Origin: Lachnospira sp.
Lineage (GTDB): Bacteria > Bacillota > Clostridia > Lachnospirales > Lachnospiraceae
Assembly: GCA_051879515.1 (NCBI GenBank)
Contig: JBJEME010000055.1
Span: forward strand, 1,961 to 65,960
Length of the DNA stretch: 64,000 nt
Direction of reading: 5' to 3'
Shown here: piece after piece, positions 1-11,269 of the stretch
How the letters are laid out: the number at the start of each line of letters is the position of its first letter
How positions within the stretch are numbered: the stretch's first letter is position 1
The notes under the pieces: model-generated
Database searches by the model: none
Seen by the model: only the letters and a program-made list of their open reading frames with translations
Told to the model about the DNA's origin: nothing
Made by a program: the position numbers and the translations under genes

Positions 1-101
1 TGCCCCTGCACCTTACAAAATCAAAGAGGAACAGGACAATACAAAGAAAAATCAAAGGGAGTTATAGAAAAATAAATGAGTAAAGGACGTTAAATTAGCT
101 C

Positions 102-130
102 TTGTTAATAACAGAATAGAATGATATATT
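102..130 (+). promoter_or_regulatory. Putative SigA promoter of the LysR gene
   Basis: TTGTTA (102-107), 17-bp spacer, extended -10 TGaTATATT (122-130). Confidence 0.5.
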
Positions 131-153
131 TAGCGTAACGAGGTGATCATTTT

Positions 154-1038
154 ATGGAGCTAAGAGTACTAAGATACTTTTTAATGGTTGCAAGGGAAGA
201 AAACATTACAAAAGCTGCAGAACTCTTGCATGTTACTCAACCCACTCTATCGCGTCAACTTATGCAGTTAGAGGAAGAACTAGGAGTTAAACTATTTAAA
301 AGAAGCAACCATAGCATACATTTAACGGAAGATGGAATGCTTTTAAAAAGAAGAGCGCAGGACATTGTTGCATTGACAGATAAAGCAGAGAAAGAACTAC
401 GTCATGAAGAAGAAGCCGTGACTGGAGAACTTGCGATAGGAAGCGGAGAAACACGAAGCGTGCAGGATTTAGCAGAGGTAATTGCTTTGTTTCAAAAAGA
501 ATATCCTGGAGTCCAATATGATTTCTATACTGCAAATGCAGATGATATAAAAGAGAGATTGGAAAGAGGATTATTAGATATTGGGCTTTTAACGGAACCA
601 GTAGATATATCAAAATTTAATTTTGTTCGACTTCCAAGAAGAGAGAAGTGGGGTGTGCTGGTTCGGAAGGATTCTGAATTAGCTAAAAAAGAAAAAATTA
701 GCCCAGACGATCTGGTACAGGTGCCATTAATATTGGTAAAGCGGACGCTTGTTCAAAATGAGCTTGTAAACTGGTTTGGTGAATATTATGAACAAATTCA
801 TGTAGTTGCCACTTATAACTTAATTAACAATGCAGCTGTTATGGTGGAGAATAATATAGGGGTTGCGCTTTGCTTTAATCTTGAAAATACATATAAAGAT
901 CTTTGCTTTGTACCACTTTCGCCCGCTGTTGAGACAGGAGCGGTGATTGTATGGAAGAAGGATCAATTGGTTTCAAAGGTAGCATATCGATTTATTGATT
1001 TTTTAAAGAAATACAGAACGAGCATTTCTGATAATTAA
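154..1038 (+). CDS. LysR family transcriptional regulator
   Basis: N-terminal MELRVLRYF...AAELLHVTQPTLSRQLMQLEEELGVKLF HTH followed by a LysR substrate-binding domain. Confidence 0.97.
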   Translation: MELRVLRYFLMVAREENITKAAELLHVTQPTLSRQLMQLEEELGVKLFKRSNHSIHLTEDGMLLKRRAQDIVALTDKAEKELRHEEEAVTGELAIGSGETRSVQDLAEVIALFQKEYPGVQYDFYTANADDIKERLERGLLDIGLLTEPVDISKFNFVRLPRREKWGVLVRKDSELAKKEKISPDDLVQVPLILVKRTLVQNELVNWFGEYYEQIHVVATYNLINNAAVMVENNIGVALCFNLENTYKDLCFVPLSPAVETGAVIVWKKDQLVSKVAYRFIDFLKKYRTSISDN

Positions 1039-1078
1039 ATATAGGTATTAGACATAAAGAAAAATGTAATGGTATATT
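1022..1078 (+). promoter_or_regulatory. LysR-type box 1 overlapping a SigA promoter
   Basis: ATAGGTATTAGACAT at 1041-1055 (T-N11-A). It contains -35 TAGACA (1049-1054); -10 TATATT is at 1073-1078. GCATTTCTGA lies 19 bp upstream. Confidence 0.7.
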
Positions 1079-1145
1079 GTAGATGTCCATAAGGGCATCT
1101 ACTTTTTTTGTTTGGAAATTATGTGGAAGGAAGTGCAAAACGATA

Positions 1146-1508
1146 ATGACAAAGAAGGAAGCAAGTGAAAGATACCAGATTCCAATCGAGATTTTGGAGA
1201 ACTATGAAAGATGGAATTTGCGCGAGGATGCAAAAAGAGTAATGGGGGAATGGCAATATGATGACTCGGATTTGGAACTATTGGGAACGATAATTACACT
1301 GCATGATATTGGATTTGAAGAAGATGAAATTGAGGAGTACATGAGATTATATTTGCGAGGGAATGTAACATCGTCAGAACGAGAGAGAATATTGAAGAAG
1401 AAAAGAAACCAGACATTGGATGAGATTCATTTGCAGGAAAAGCGGTTGGAGCTTTTAGATTACTTTCGGTTTAAAACACAGAGTGGCAGTGAGGATCATA
1501 AAAAATGA
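1146..1508 (+). CDS. MerR family transcriptional regulator
   Basis: MTKKEASERYQIPIEILENYE...QYDDSDLELL...LHDIGF matches a MerR HTH plus coiled coil. Start moved from 1083 to ATG 1146. Confidence 0.8.
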   Translation: MTKKEASERYQIPIEILENYERWNLREDAKRVMGEWQYDDSDLELLGTIITLHDIGFEEDEIEEYMRLYLRGNVTSSERERILKKKRNQTLDEIHLQEKRLELLDYFRFKTQSGSEDHKK

Positions 1509-2134
1509 AAAGGGCAAAACGTATTTTTATCAGAATGAGAAGATATTTTCTGTTTTTTTTACAGTATATGTTGTATGAAAAACCGCGGGGATTAGATTTT
1601 ACTATGCGAGATGTAGAAGTGTATCAGAAAAATGGGGGGGCTTATCATGGTTATAGTAAGACAAATGAAAAGCATATTCAAGAGATTTTCCAAAGGTTAT
1701 CCTTTGAGGGAGCTGGGCTGTTGGATGTTGGGTGTGGAAAGGGGGTTGTTTTAAAAGAAGCTGTAAAATTTCCTTTTGAAAAAGTGGCGGGTATAGAAAT
1801 TCGCCATGAATTAGTTCAGATAGCAAAAAGCAATTTTAAGATTCTTGGAATTGCAGATATGGTGAAATGTATGGAGGCTGATGCTGTAGAGTTTGAACAA
1901 TATGGAGAATACAATGTATTTTTCTTCTTTAACCCATTTTCTGAGGAAATTATGAAGAAAGTCGTTGACAAAATAATTAAGAGCAGGAATGAAACCGAGC
2001 GTATTATTACGGTGATTTATCATAACCCACGGTTTCTGTCAGTTTTTGAAAATAGATTACAAGTATTGAGTAAAGAAATATTATATGATGCACTAAAAGA
2101 TTATGATACCTGTATTCTGAAACTGAAATTATGA
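1505..2134 (+). CDS. Class I SAM-dependent methyltransferase
   Basis: Motif I LLDVGCGKG, plus VAGIE, EADA and FFFNPF. Overlaps the MerR stop (ATGA). Confidence 0.9.
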   Translation: MKRAKRIFIRMRRYFLFFLQYMLYEKPRGLDFTMRDVEVYQKNGGAYHGYSKTNEKHIQEIFQRLSFEGAGLLDVGCGKGVVLKEAVKFPFEKVAGIEIRHELVQIAKSNFKILGIADMVKCMEADAVEFEQYGEYNVFFFFNPFSEEIMKKVVDKIIKSRNETERIITVIYHNPRFLSVFENRLQVLSKEILYDALKDYDTCILKLKL

Positions 2135-2142
2135 AACAATAC

Positions 2143-2178
2143 AACTCTTCCACACGATGTAAGTGGGAGAGTTTTTTT
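2143..2178 (+). terminator. Intrinsic terminator
   Basis: AACTCTTCCAC / GTGGGAGAGTT stem followed by a T-run. Confidence 0.8.
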
Positions 2179-2193
2179 AGATATACAGTTTGA

Positions 2194-2249
2194 GCATATC
2201 TAAAGGAACATAATAGGTATTAGACATAATTGGGAACATTCTATATTAT
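2194..2249 (+). promoter_or_regulatory. LysR-type box 2 overlapping a SigA promoter of the PTS operon
   Basis: ATAGGTATTAGACAT at 2213-2227; TAGACA (2221-2226), 17 bp, TATTAT (2244-2249). GCATATCTAA lies 19 bp upstream. Confidence 0.7.
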
Positions 2250-2311
2250 AAAATTATCAGTACTGAAGAAGGTTATGGTATAGCAGGACAATGTATGGGA
2301 GGTAACAGAAG

Positions 2312-4201
2312 ATGAGTAAAGAATATGAAAGTCTGGCACAAAAAATTATTGAGCATGTGGGCGGTATAGAGAATGTGAATGATGTTTACCACTGTCAGAC
2401 CAGGCTTCGTTTTAAACTGGCTGATGAAGGAAAGGCAGATCAGGCACAGTTACAAGCTCTTGATGGGGTGTCTAAGGTTATGATTGGCGGAGGTGTTTTT
2501 CAGGTAATTATTGGGACGCATGTTAAGTATGTGTTTGAAGAAATTGAGAAAATTGTGGGACCGAGAAAAACGGATAATAGCGTAATAGAAAAGAAAGAGA
2601 AAAAGTCAATTCCGGGAACAATCATAGATTTTATTGCAGGTACATTTCAACCGGTTATCCCTGCATTATCCGGAGCAGGTATGGTGAAGGCACTGCTTGC
2701 TTTATTGGTAGTATTCCATGTGATTGCTACAGACTCGCAGACTTATTACATATTAAATTTTTTTGCAGACGGTGTATTTTATTTTTTGCCGATGATGCTG
2801 GCATTTACAGAAGCACAGAAACTGAAATGTAACCCTATTTTAGCAGTATCTGTTGCGGCAATTATGCTTCATCCAAACTGGGGAGCACTGGTATCTGCTG
2901 GAGAAGCGGTGCATTTATTCGGGATAATCCCTCTAAAGCTGACACTTTATACATCATCAGTTATCCCCATAATTCTGGTAATTCTTGTTCAGTCATATGT
3001 GGAGAGGTGGCTTGAAAAGCATATACCAAATGCTGTGAAGCTTGTGTTTGTACCAATGTTTACTTTTTTGATAATGGGAACTCTTGGTCTTGCGGTTTTA
3101 GGACCAATTGGCAGTGTGGTAGGAGATTATCTGGCAGTATTCTTTAACTTCCTCAGTGCGAATGCAAGCTGGGCACCTGCTTTGATTGTAGGAGGATTCT
3201 TACCGCTTATGGTTATGTTCGGACTGCATAACGGAGTCGCACCGTTGGGAGTAATGCAGATGGCAGACTTGGGTTATGACAGTATTTTTGGACCAGGATG
3301 TGCCTGCTCAAACATAGCACAGGGCACAGCAGCATTGGTTGTGGCATTACGCACGAAAGAAGCAAAGACAAAGCAGTTATCCATATCAGGTGGAATCACG
3401 GCATTGATGGGAATTACGGAACCTGTTTTATATGGTGTAAATCTTCCTAAAAAATATCCGTTAATTGCAGCAATGATTGGCGGTGGATTTGGTGGATTAT
3501 ATGCGGGATTGACACATACGCACAGATTTGCAACAGGCTCTTCAGGACTTCCGGCAGTACTACTCTATATTGGAGATGATTCCTTAGTGTGTCTGATTAA
3601 TATCTGTATCGCACTGGCAATTACAGTTGTTGTCACTGCAATTGTGACCTATGTTCTTAGTCTGAAATTTGAGACAAGAAAGGTTACAGAGAAAGATACA
3701 GAGAATAGTCCTGAAATTACACAGGATGAAACCATCATAGAGATTCAAAGAGAGCATGGTGAAATAAAGGCTCCGGTCAAAGGAAACTTGATTCCACTGG
3801 AACAGATTGGTGATGGAGTCTTTTCAGAGGGTGTTTTAGGACAGGGCTGTGGCATACAACCGGAAGAAGGATGTGTATATGCTCCGTTTGCAGGGACTGT
3901 TATTTCGGTAGCAGAGACCGGACATGCGATTGGACTTGAAAGTGATGATGGGATTGAACTGTTGATACATGTGGGAATTGATACGGTGGCACTGCAGGGA
4001 GAGGGATTTTTACCTAGTGTAACGACTGGTGATAAGGTGGTTTGCGGACAGAAGATTATGGCTTTTGATATAGAAAAAATAGCAGAGAAGTATCCAACAG
4101 TAACAGCCGTGATTGTTACAAACAGCGACGATTATGAGGAAATTACATTAGGTACTCCGGGAAAAGTGAAAGTAGAAGATACGGTACTTAATGTGAAGTA
4201 G
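2312..4201 (+). CDS. bglF: PTS beta-glucoside transporter EIIBCA
   Basis: EIIB HCQTRLRF, hydrophobic EIIC with GITEPVLYG, EIIA with ELLIHVGIDTV. Confidence 0.93.
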   Translation: MSKEYESLAQKIIEHVGGIENVNDVYHCQTRLRFKLADEGKADQAQLQALDGVSKVMIGGGVFQVIIGTHVKYVFEEIEKIVGPRKTDNSVIEKKEKKSIPGTIIDFIAGTFQPVIPALSGAGMVKALLALLVVFHVIATDSQTYYILNFFADGVFYFLPMMLAFTEAQKLKCNPILAVSVAAIMLHPNWGALVSAGEAVHLFGIIPLKLTLYTSSVIPIILVILVQSYVERWLEKHIPNAVKLVFVPMFTFLIMGTLGLAVLGPIGSVVGDYLAVFFNFLSANASWAPALIVGGFLPLMVMFGLHNGVAPLGVMQMADLGYDSIFGPGCACSNIAQGTAALVVALRTKEAKTKQLSISGGITALMGITEPVLYGVNLPKKYPLIAAMIGGGFGGLYAGLTHTHRFATGSSGLPAVLLYIGDDSLVCLINICIALAITVVVTAIVTYVLSLKFETRKVTEKDTENSPEITQDETIIEIQREHGEIKAPVKGNLIPLEQIGDGVFSEGVLGQGCGIQPEEGCVYAPFAGTVISVAETGHAIGLESDDGIELLIHVGIDTVALQGEGFLPSVTTGDKVVCGQKIMAFDIEKIAEKYPTVTAVIVTNSDDYEEITLGTPGKVKVEDTVLNVK

Positions 4202-5335
<1,134 letters not shown>

Positions 5336-5407
5336 CAGAATTGTTAAAATAGTGGCAAATAATTTATATATGAAATACTATTAGCACTTGTTAGAAATGC
5401 CTTTTAG

Positions 5408-5463
5408 GCATGTTTGAAAATAGTATATAGGTATTAGACATTTCTATATGCCAGCGATACAAT
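5408..5463 (+). promoter_or_regulatory. LysR-type box 3 overlapping a SigA promoter of the redox operon
   Basis: ATAGGTATTAGACAT at 5427-5441; TAGACA (5435-5440), 17 bp, TACAAT (5458-5463). GCATGTTTGA lies 19 bp upstream. Confidence 0.7.
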
Positions 5464-5495
5464 AAAGGTGTTCCAAAGGAACACCTTTATTTTTT
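5461..5495 (+). terminator. Perfect 14-bp inverted repeat with T-tail (terminator or operator)
   Basis: AATAAAGGTGTTCC-AAA-GGAACACCTTTATT-TTTT. Confidence 0.65.
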
Positions 5496-5527
5496 GTACA
5501 TAAATGGAAGGAGGCTTCAAAATAGAC

Positions 5528-6373
5528 ATGATTGAACTAAATAATGGAATAAAAATGCCGTTGCTTGGTTTCGGTGTTTTCCAGATAACAGATGAAATAG
5601 CGTGTGAAGAAAGCGTTTTATGTGCATTAAAGACCGGTTATCGAATGATTGATACAGCTGCCTGTTATGGAAATGAAAAAGCAGTAGGAGCAGCGATTAA
5701 AAGAAGCGGTATTCCCAGAGAGGAAATCTTTATCAGCTCGAAAGTCTGGATTCAAGATGCAGGCTATCTGGCAACAAAGCGTTCTTTTGAAAAGACGTTG
5801 CAAAATTTGCAGACAGATTATCTTGACTTGTACTTAATCCATATGCCTTATGGAGATTATCACGGCAGTTGGGAGGCAATGGAAGAACTATACCGGGAAG
5901 GCAAAATAAGAGCAATCGGTGTTTGCAATTTTCTACCGGATCGATTGGTAGATTTGATTTTAAGTCATCGGATTGTGCCTGCTATCAATCAAATTGAATT
6001 GCATCCATTTTGCCAGCAGACAGAATTGCGTTGCTTGATGGAGCAATATCGTATTCAAACAATGGCATGGGCACCTTTTGCGGAAGGTCGGGATGGGATT
6101 TTTGAAAACGAAATACTGAATGCAATTGGCAGAAAATATGGAAAAACACCTGCACAAGTCACTTTACGTTGGCTTCGACAGGAAAGAATCATTGCAATTC
6201 CAAAATCAGTTCATGCTGAACGCATAAAGCAGAACTTCGCAATAGATGATTTCTCTCTTACTGATTCAGATATAAGAGAGATTGAGAAAATGGATTGCCA
6301 TAAAAGCTTGATTCTGGAAATTCAGAGTTTAGATGAGGTACATAGGCTTCATGGTATTCATTTTGAACAATAG
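5528..6373 (+). CDS. Aldo/keto reductase (2,5-diketo-D-gluconate reductase-like)
   Basis: LNNGIKMPLLGFG, IDTAACY, FISSK, DLYLIHMP, IAIPKS. Likely start is ATG 5528 after GGAGG. Confidence 0.95.
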   Translation: MIELNNGIKMPLLGFGVFQITDEIACEESVLCALKTGYRMIDTAACYGNEKAVGAAIKRSGIPREEIFISSKVWIQDAGYLATKRSFEKTLQNLQTDYLDLYLIHMPYGDYHGSWEAMEELYREGKIRAIGVCNFLPDRLVDLILSHRIVPAINQIELHPFCQQTELRCLMEQYRIQTMAWAPFAEGRDGIFENEILNAIGRKYGKTPAQVTLRWLRQERIIAIPKSVHAERIKQNFAIDDFSLTDSDIREIEKMDCHKSLILEIQSLDEVHRLHGIHFEQ

Positions 6374-6396
6374 GTAGTCGGAAAGGAGAAATTACA

Positions 6397-6606
6397 ATGC
6401 CTCATATAGCAATTACCATGATTCCCGGACGGGATGAGGATGCCAAGCGAAGGCTGGCAAAAAAAGCACAGGAACTTCTAATCAAAGAACTGGGCGTTGA
6501 TTCCAAGTACGTGTCTGTATCTATTCAGGATATTCCCATGGAGAACTGGAAGAAATCTATGGAACAATATTCAGATGAAGTTCTGTATATTAAGCCGGGC
6601 ATATAA
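6397..6606 (+). CDS. 4-oxalocrotonate tautomerase family protein
   Basis: 69 aa, catalytic Pro-1 start (MPHI), AAGGAG RBS. Confidence 0.85.
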   Translation: MPHIAITMIPGRDEDAKRRLAKKAQELLIKELGVDSKYVSVSIQDIPMENWKKSMEQYSDEVLYIKPGI

Positions 6607-6639
6607 ACCAAATTTATGTGGAATTGGAGGATTAAAGAA

Positions 6640-7110
6640 ATGAGTAAGAAACTGGTAGCATATTTTTCAGCAAGCGGTAGAACAAAGAAAGCCGCTGAGC
6701 ATCTGGCTAAGGTAGCGGGGGCAGATCTGTTTGAAATCAAACCCGTTGTTCCTTATACCCGCGAGGATTTGAACTGGATGGACAAAAAGAGCCGTAGCAG
6801 CGTGGAGATGAATAATTCGTCTTCCCGCCCAGAGATTGCTGAGAAATTGGCAAATATGGCAGACTACGATACGGTGTTCGTTGGTTTTCCAATCTGGTGG
6901 TATGTTGCACCGCATATTATAAACACCTTTGTAGAAAGCTACGATTTTACAGGAAAAACGATGGTGCCTTTTGCTACCTCCGGTGGTAGTGGTATGGGCA
7001 ATACTGTTGATGATTTGAAGGAACTCTGCCCGAATGCCAATTGGAAAGTTGGGAAGGTGGTAAATGGCATGTCCGACAAAGAACTGTCTGAATGGGTAAA
7101 TATGTTTTGA
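6640..7110 (+). CDS. Cytoplasmic flavodoxin (Flavodoxin_4 type)
   Basis: [29 protein letters not shown]. No signal peptide. Start at ATG 6640 after GGAGG. Confidence 0.92.
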   Translation: MSKKLVAYFSASGRTKKAAEHLAKVAGADLFEIKPVVPYTREDLNWMDKKSRSSVEMNNSSSRPEIAEKLANMADYDTVFVGFPIWWYVAPHIINTFVESYDFTGKTMVPFATSGGSGMGNTVDDLKELCPNANWKVGKVVNGMSDKELSEWVNMF

Positions 7111-7125
7111 TGTAGGAGGATAACT

Positions 7126-7812
7126 ATGGAAATGAAAAGGACTGACCCCGAATTTTTTGAACGATTTCATTATTTTGCCTTTGATGAGGTTGTTAATGAA
7201 GAAAATCAGCAGCTTGATGCACCTACACGATATTTGGCAATTATAGCTGCTTTGATTGGCTGCGGTGGACTGGATGCGTACCGGGAAATGCTGCCTATTG
7301 CATTGGAAAATGGTGTTACTCCGATCATGCTCAAGGAAACTGTTTATCAGGCAACGGATTATCTCGGGTATGGACGGATACTTCCTTTTTTGGATGCAGC
7401 CAATGATATTTTTGAGCAGAACGGAATTGAGCTGCCTCTGCCCGGGCAAGCCACCACAACGCTTAATGACAGGTTGGAAAAAGGTGCTGATGCACAGGCT
7501 GCTATTTTTGGTGAACAGATGAAAGAGGCATGGAAGAATGGGCATATCAACCGCTGGTTGGCTGCAAATTGTTTTGGAGACTTTTACACGCGCACCGGGC
7601 TTGATTTGAAACAGCGTGAGATGATTACCTTTTGCTTCCTTATGGCACAGGGTGGTTGTGAACCACAGCTTATCGCACATGCAAAGGGAAATATGAACCT
7701 GGGCAATGATAAAGAGTTTCTTGTTCGGGTGGTGTCCCAATGCCTGCCTTATATTGGTTATCCACGCAGTCTCAATGCGGTTAGCTGTATTCAAAAAGCT
7801 GCAGAGAATTAA
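7126..7812 (+). CDS. Carboxymuconolactone decarboxylase (CMD/AhpD-like) family protein, two repeats
   Basis: DFYTRTGLDLKQREMIT, LIAHAKG, PYIGYPRSLNA. Confidence 0.88.
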   Translation: MEMKRTDPEFFERFHYFAFDEVVNEENQQLDAPTRYLAIIAALIGCGGLDAYREMLPIALENGVTPIMLKETVYQATDYLGYGRILPFLDAANDIFEQNGIELPLPGQATTTLNDRLEKGADAQAAIFGEQMKEAWKNGHINRWLAANCFGDFYTRTGLDLKQREMITFCFLMAQGGCEPQLIAHAKGNMNLGNDKEFLVRVVSQCLPYIGYPRSLNAVSCIQKAAEN

Positions 7813-7845
7813 AAAGTTTTATGTGATTTGGAAAGGAATGATAGG

Positions 7846-8850
7846 ATGGAATATACAACTTTAGGAAATACAGACATTCAAATCTCAAAAATATGTGTAG
7901 GCTGCATGAGTTTTGGCAAGGCAGGTACGATGCACGATTGGACACTGGACGAAGAGGAAACAGAGAAGGTGGTCAGACATGCTCTTTCTCTCGGTATCAA
8001 CTTTTTTGATACTGCCAATGGCTATTCTGCCGGGACAAGTGAAGAATATCTGGGTCGTGCATTAAAAAAAAGCATTGCACGTGACAAGGTAGTGATAGCC
8101 TCAAAGGTTTATTTTAACCCCGGAAGACTGTCCGCTGCGGCAATTCACAGAGAAATAGATGGTACGCTCAAGCGTTTGGGAACAGATTACCTTGACCTGT
8201 ATATTATCCATCGCTTTGATTATGACACACCAATTGAAGAAACTATGGAAGCCCTGAATGATTTGGTCAAAGCCGGAAAGGTACGGGCACTGGGTGCTTC
8301 TGCTATGTATGGATATCAGTTCTATAATATGCAGCTTGCTGCACGTGATCATGGATGGGCACAGTTTCAGGCTATGGAAAATCATTATAATCTGCTTTAC
8401 CGAGAGGACGAGCGGGAATTGATTCCAATCTGCAGGCAGATGGGCGTATCTCTAATGCCGTACAGTCCGTTGGCAGCGGGTCATCTTACCCGCCCACAGT
8501 GGAATACGGATACTCTTCGTAGCACAACCGATAGGGTAGCGATGGGAAAATACGACCGTACCGAGGAGCAGGATATGCAGATTGTTTTGCGTGTGCATGA
8601 ACTGGCAGAGCGATACGGCGTGAAGATGCAGCAGATTGCACTTGCGTGGCACTGGGCAAAGGGTGTCGCATCTCCTATCATCGGAGCTACGAAAGCATCC
8701 CATTTTGAAGATGCAGCCGCTGCACTTGCAGTGAAGCTGACAGAGGAGGATATAGCATATCTTGAGGAACCATATCTTCCGCACCGTATTGTGGGAGCCA
8801 TTGATCATAACCCCGCAGATGGGGTAATGCTGTTAGATGAAAAGAAATAG
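7846..8850 (+). CDS. Aldo/keto reductase (YajO-like subfamily)
   Basis: YTTLGNT, GINFFDTANGYS, IASKV, DLYIIHRFD, PYSPLAAG. Confidence 0.94.
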   Translation: MEYTTLGNTDIQISKICVGCMSFGKAGTMHDWTLDEEETEKVVRHALSLGINFFDTANGYSAGTSEEYLGRALKKSIARDKVVIASKVYFNPGRLSAAAIHREIDGTLKRLGTDYLDLYIIHRFDYDTPIEETMEALNDLVKAGKVRALGASAMYGYQFYNMQLAARDHGWAQFQAMENHYNLLYREDERELIPICRQMGVSLMPYSPLAAGHLTRPQWNTDTLRSTTDRVAMGKYDRTEEQDMQIVLRVHELAERYGVKMQQIALAWHWAKGVASPIIGATKASHFEDAAAALAVKLTEEDIAYLEEPYLPHRIVGAIDHNPADGVMLLDEKK

Positions 8851-8871
8851 CAAGTAAAGAGGTGATAAGAA

Positions 8872-10059
8872 TTGAAAAAATTTATTTTATGGATTCTTTC
8901 TATATGTCTGATATTCTGTTTTACAGCATGTGGCAGACAAGAAGACTCTGTTGATGAATTGGCACTATCTCAGCCTGATTTAGAAGAAAGTACACAACCG
9001 GAAAGCACAAGTGAAGAAGAGGCTCAGGGTGTTCCAGGGAATCAAAGTGTTTCAGAGGAAGGTCAGGAACATATATTGATTGCTTATTTTACATGGGCAG
9101 ATAATACAGTGGTAGAGGACGAGGATGCAGCGATTCAATCTGCGCTTGCCCACTATGAGTCTGTTGGTGACACATCAGATTATAGCGGAACGGATGCGAT
9201 TTCTTCCGCCAGTGTTGTGGCACCGGGAAATACAGCAAAAATGGCAGAGTGGATTCAGCAATATGTGGGAGGTGATTTGTTCCCGATTATTGTAACAGAA
9301 CCATATCCAAGTAATTATGATGATTGTCTTGACCGAGCCGCAGATGAAAAGGCTGAAAATGCCAGACCGGAACTTGCAAATCACATAGATAACATGGATG
9401 ACTATGATGTAGTTTTCCTTGGTTTTCCTAACTGGTGGTATACGGCACCAATGGCGGTTTTTTCTTTTATAGAGGAGTATGACCTTTCGGATAAAACAGT
9501 TGTTCCTTTTTGTGCGCATGGAACAGGAGGAATTGCAAGCAGTGTAAAGGACATTACAGCCGCATTGCCGGATTCGGCAGAAGTATTGGAGCCTATTGGA
9601 GTTTACAGGGCAGACATAAATAAAGCACAACCGGCTATCAATGAGTGGCTGGATAGACTTGGATTTCAGGAGAAAGAGGATGTAGCAAAGATGGATAACA
9701 ATGAGAGAAAGCTGAAAATGACAATTGATGGGCATGAACTCGCTATCACTCTTTATGACACGCCTGCAGCAAATGCGCTATATGATATGCTTCCAATGGA
9801 ATTGAACTTTGAAGATTTTAATGGTGTAGAAAAGATCAGCTATCTCTCACAAGAATTACCTACAGAAGGAGAACCGGATGGTTGTGATCCAGATGTTGGG
9901 GATCTATGCCTTTATGCCCCATGGGGAAATCTTTCTGTATTTTATCAGGATTTTCGGTATTCAGACAGCTTAATTTTGCTTGGTCATATTGATTCTGGGA
10001 TGGATATAATTTCCGGTATGAACGAGGATTTCACAGCAACACTCGAAGCCGTTGATTAA
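8872..10059 (+). CDS. Lipoprotein: flavodoxin domain plus C-terminal cyclophilin-like domain
   Basis: Lipobox FTAC, acidic linker, ILIAYFT...GNT...FLGFPNWW...PFCAHGTGG, then TLYDTPAANAL...GDLCLYAPWGNLSVFY. Confidence 0.85.
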   Translation: MKKFILWILSICLIFCFTACGRQEDSVDELALSQPDLEESTQPESTSEEEAQGVPGNQSVSEEGQEHILIAYFTWADNTVVEDEDAAIQSALAHYESVGDTSDYSGTDAISSASVVAPGNTAKMAEWIQQYVGGDLFPIIVTEPYPSNYDDCLDRAADEKAENARPELANHIDNMDDYDVVFLGFPNWWYTAPMAVFSFIEEYDLSDKTVVPFCAHGTGGIASSVKDITAALPDSAEVLEPIGVYRADINKAQPAINEWLDRLGFQEKEDVAKMDNNERKLKMTIDGHELAITLYDTPAANALYDMLPMELNFEDFNGVEKISYLSQELPTEGEPDGCDPDVGDLCLYAPWGNLSVFYQDFRYSDSLILLGHIDSGMDIISGMNEDFTATLEAVD

Positions 10060-10129
10060 ATTTTTTTTATGAAGAAGAGGCATCTAGCTGAAAGGGTATT
10101 TGCTGAAAAATACTTACAGGAGGATTGAG

Positions 10130-11134
10130 ATGAAAAAGTTGCTTATGGAAGCATTGGTTCTTAGCCTTGTCTTATCAATGACTGCCTGCAGAAAAATAGA
10201 TACAACATCAATATCGGATGAAATGACATCGCAAGAGTCAGTAGAAAATATAGAATCTCCTGTTATGGAGGAAAAGGATGAAGCAATGTTGGAGACCAAT
10301 GAAAATATAGAGAGCGCTATTCCCTTTAACTTTGAATCAAAAACTGTTCTTTTAAATAGTGGTTATGAAATGCCGATTTATGGAATTGGTACATACAGTC
10401 TATTAGGTGATGAATGTGTTGACTCTGTATCGGCGGCATTGAACAGCGGAGTTCGGTTAATTGATACAGCTTATATGTATCATAACGAGGAGAGTGTTGG
10501 AGAGGCGGTCAATAATTCGGGTATACCGCGAGAAGAAATATTTATCATCACGAAATTATATCCGGATCAGTATGAAGATGCTGAAGCTGCTATTGATGAA
10601 GCAATTGAAAAGTTGGATGTTGAGTATATTGACATGATGCTTCTTCATCATCCGGGAGAGGGTGATGTGAAAGCGTATCTCGCTATGGAAAAGGCAGTGG
10701 CAGAAGGAAAAATTCATTCGATTGGCCTGTCTAACTGGTACATTGAAGAATTGGAAAGTTTTCTGCCCCAGATAAATATTACGCCTGCACTTGTTCAGAA
10801 TGAGATTCATCCATATTATCAGGAGAATGATGTAATTCCATATATACAAAGTCTCGGTATTGTAGTACAGGGATGGTATCCTCTTGGCGGAAGGGGGCAT
10901 ACGGCAGAACTCCTCGGAGATGAAGTGATTTCTGAGATAGCGGATGCACATGGAAAATCATCAGCACAAGTAATCCTTAGATGGAATCTACAGAAAGGTG
11001 TAGTGGTAATTCCGGGTTCAAGCAATCCTGAACACATTCAGGAAAATACGGAACTATTTGACTTTGAACTGACTGAGGATGAAATGGAACGAATCAACGC
11101 ATTAGATAGAGGAGAAAAACACGACTGGTATTAG
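10130..11134 (+). CDS. Lipoprotein-anchored aldo/keto reductase
   Basis: MKKLL...VLSMTAC lipobox, acidic linker, AKR catalytic residues present (IDTA, MYHN, ITKL, LLHHP). Confidence 0.85.
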   Translation: MKKLLMEALVLSLVLSMTACRKIDTTSISDEMTSQESVENIESPVMEEKDEAMLETNENIESAIPFNFESKTVLLNSGYEMPIYGIGTYSLLGDECVDSVSAALNSGVRLIDTAYMYHNEESVGEAVNNSGIPREEIFIITKLYPDQYEDAEAAIDEAIEKLDVEYIDMMLLHHPGEGDVKAYLAMEKAVAEGKIHSIGLSNWYIEELESFLPQINITPALVQNEIHPYYQENDVIPYIQSLGIVVQGWYPLGGRGHTAELLGDEVISEIADAHGKSSAQVILRWNLQKGVVVIPGSSNPEHIQENTELFDFELTEDEMERINALDRGEKHDWY

Positions 11135-11269
11135 AACAATGGAAGTGTTGATACAAATGAGTGTCCTTTCAGATTTGTCATAAGAGTATTTTCCTATATT
11201 GGAGAATACATGTACAGCAATTTCTGAATAAGCTGGAATGTGATTGAAAAACTCAGAAAGGAGTAGATT

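Noticed and set aside
1-12. TGCCCCTGCACC, reminiscent of sequence seen near clostridial conjugative-element transfer regions
   Set aside because: It is only 12 bp, cut by the window edge, with no relaxase in view; it cannot be supported.
6667-7794. 375-aa minus-strand ORF
   Set aside because: It lies fully antisense to well-supported flavodoxin and CMD genes and has no recognisable motifs, so it is a shadow ORF. The same applies to the other short antisense or alternate-frame ORFs in the track.
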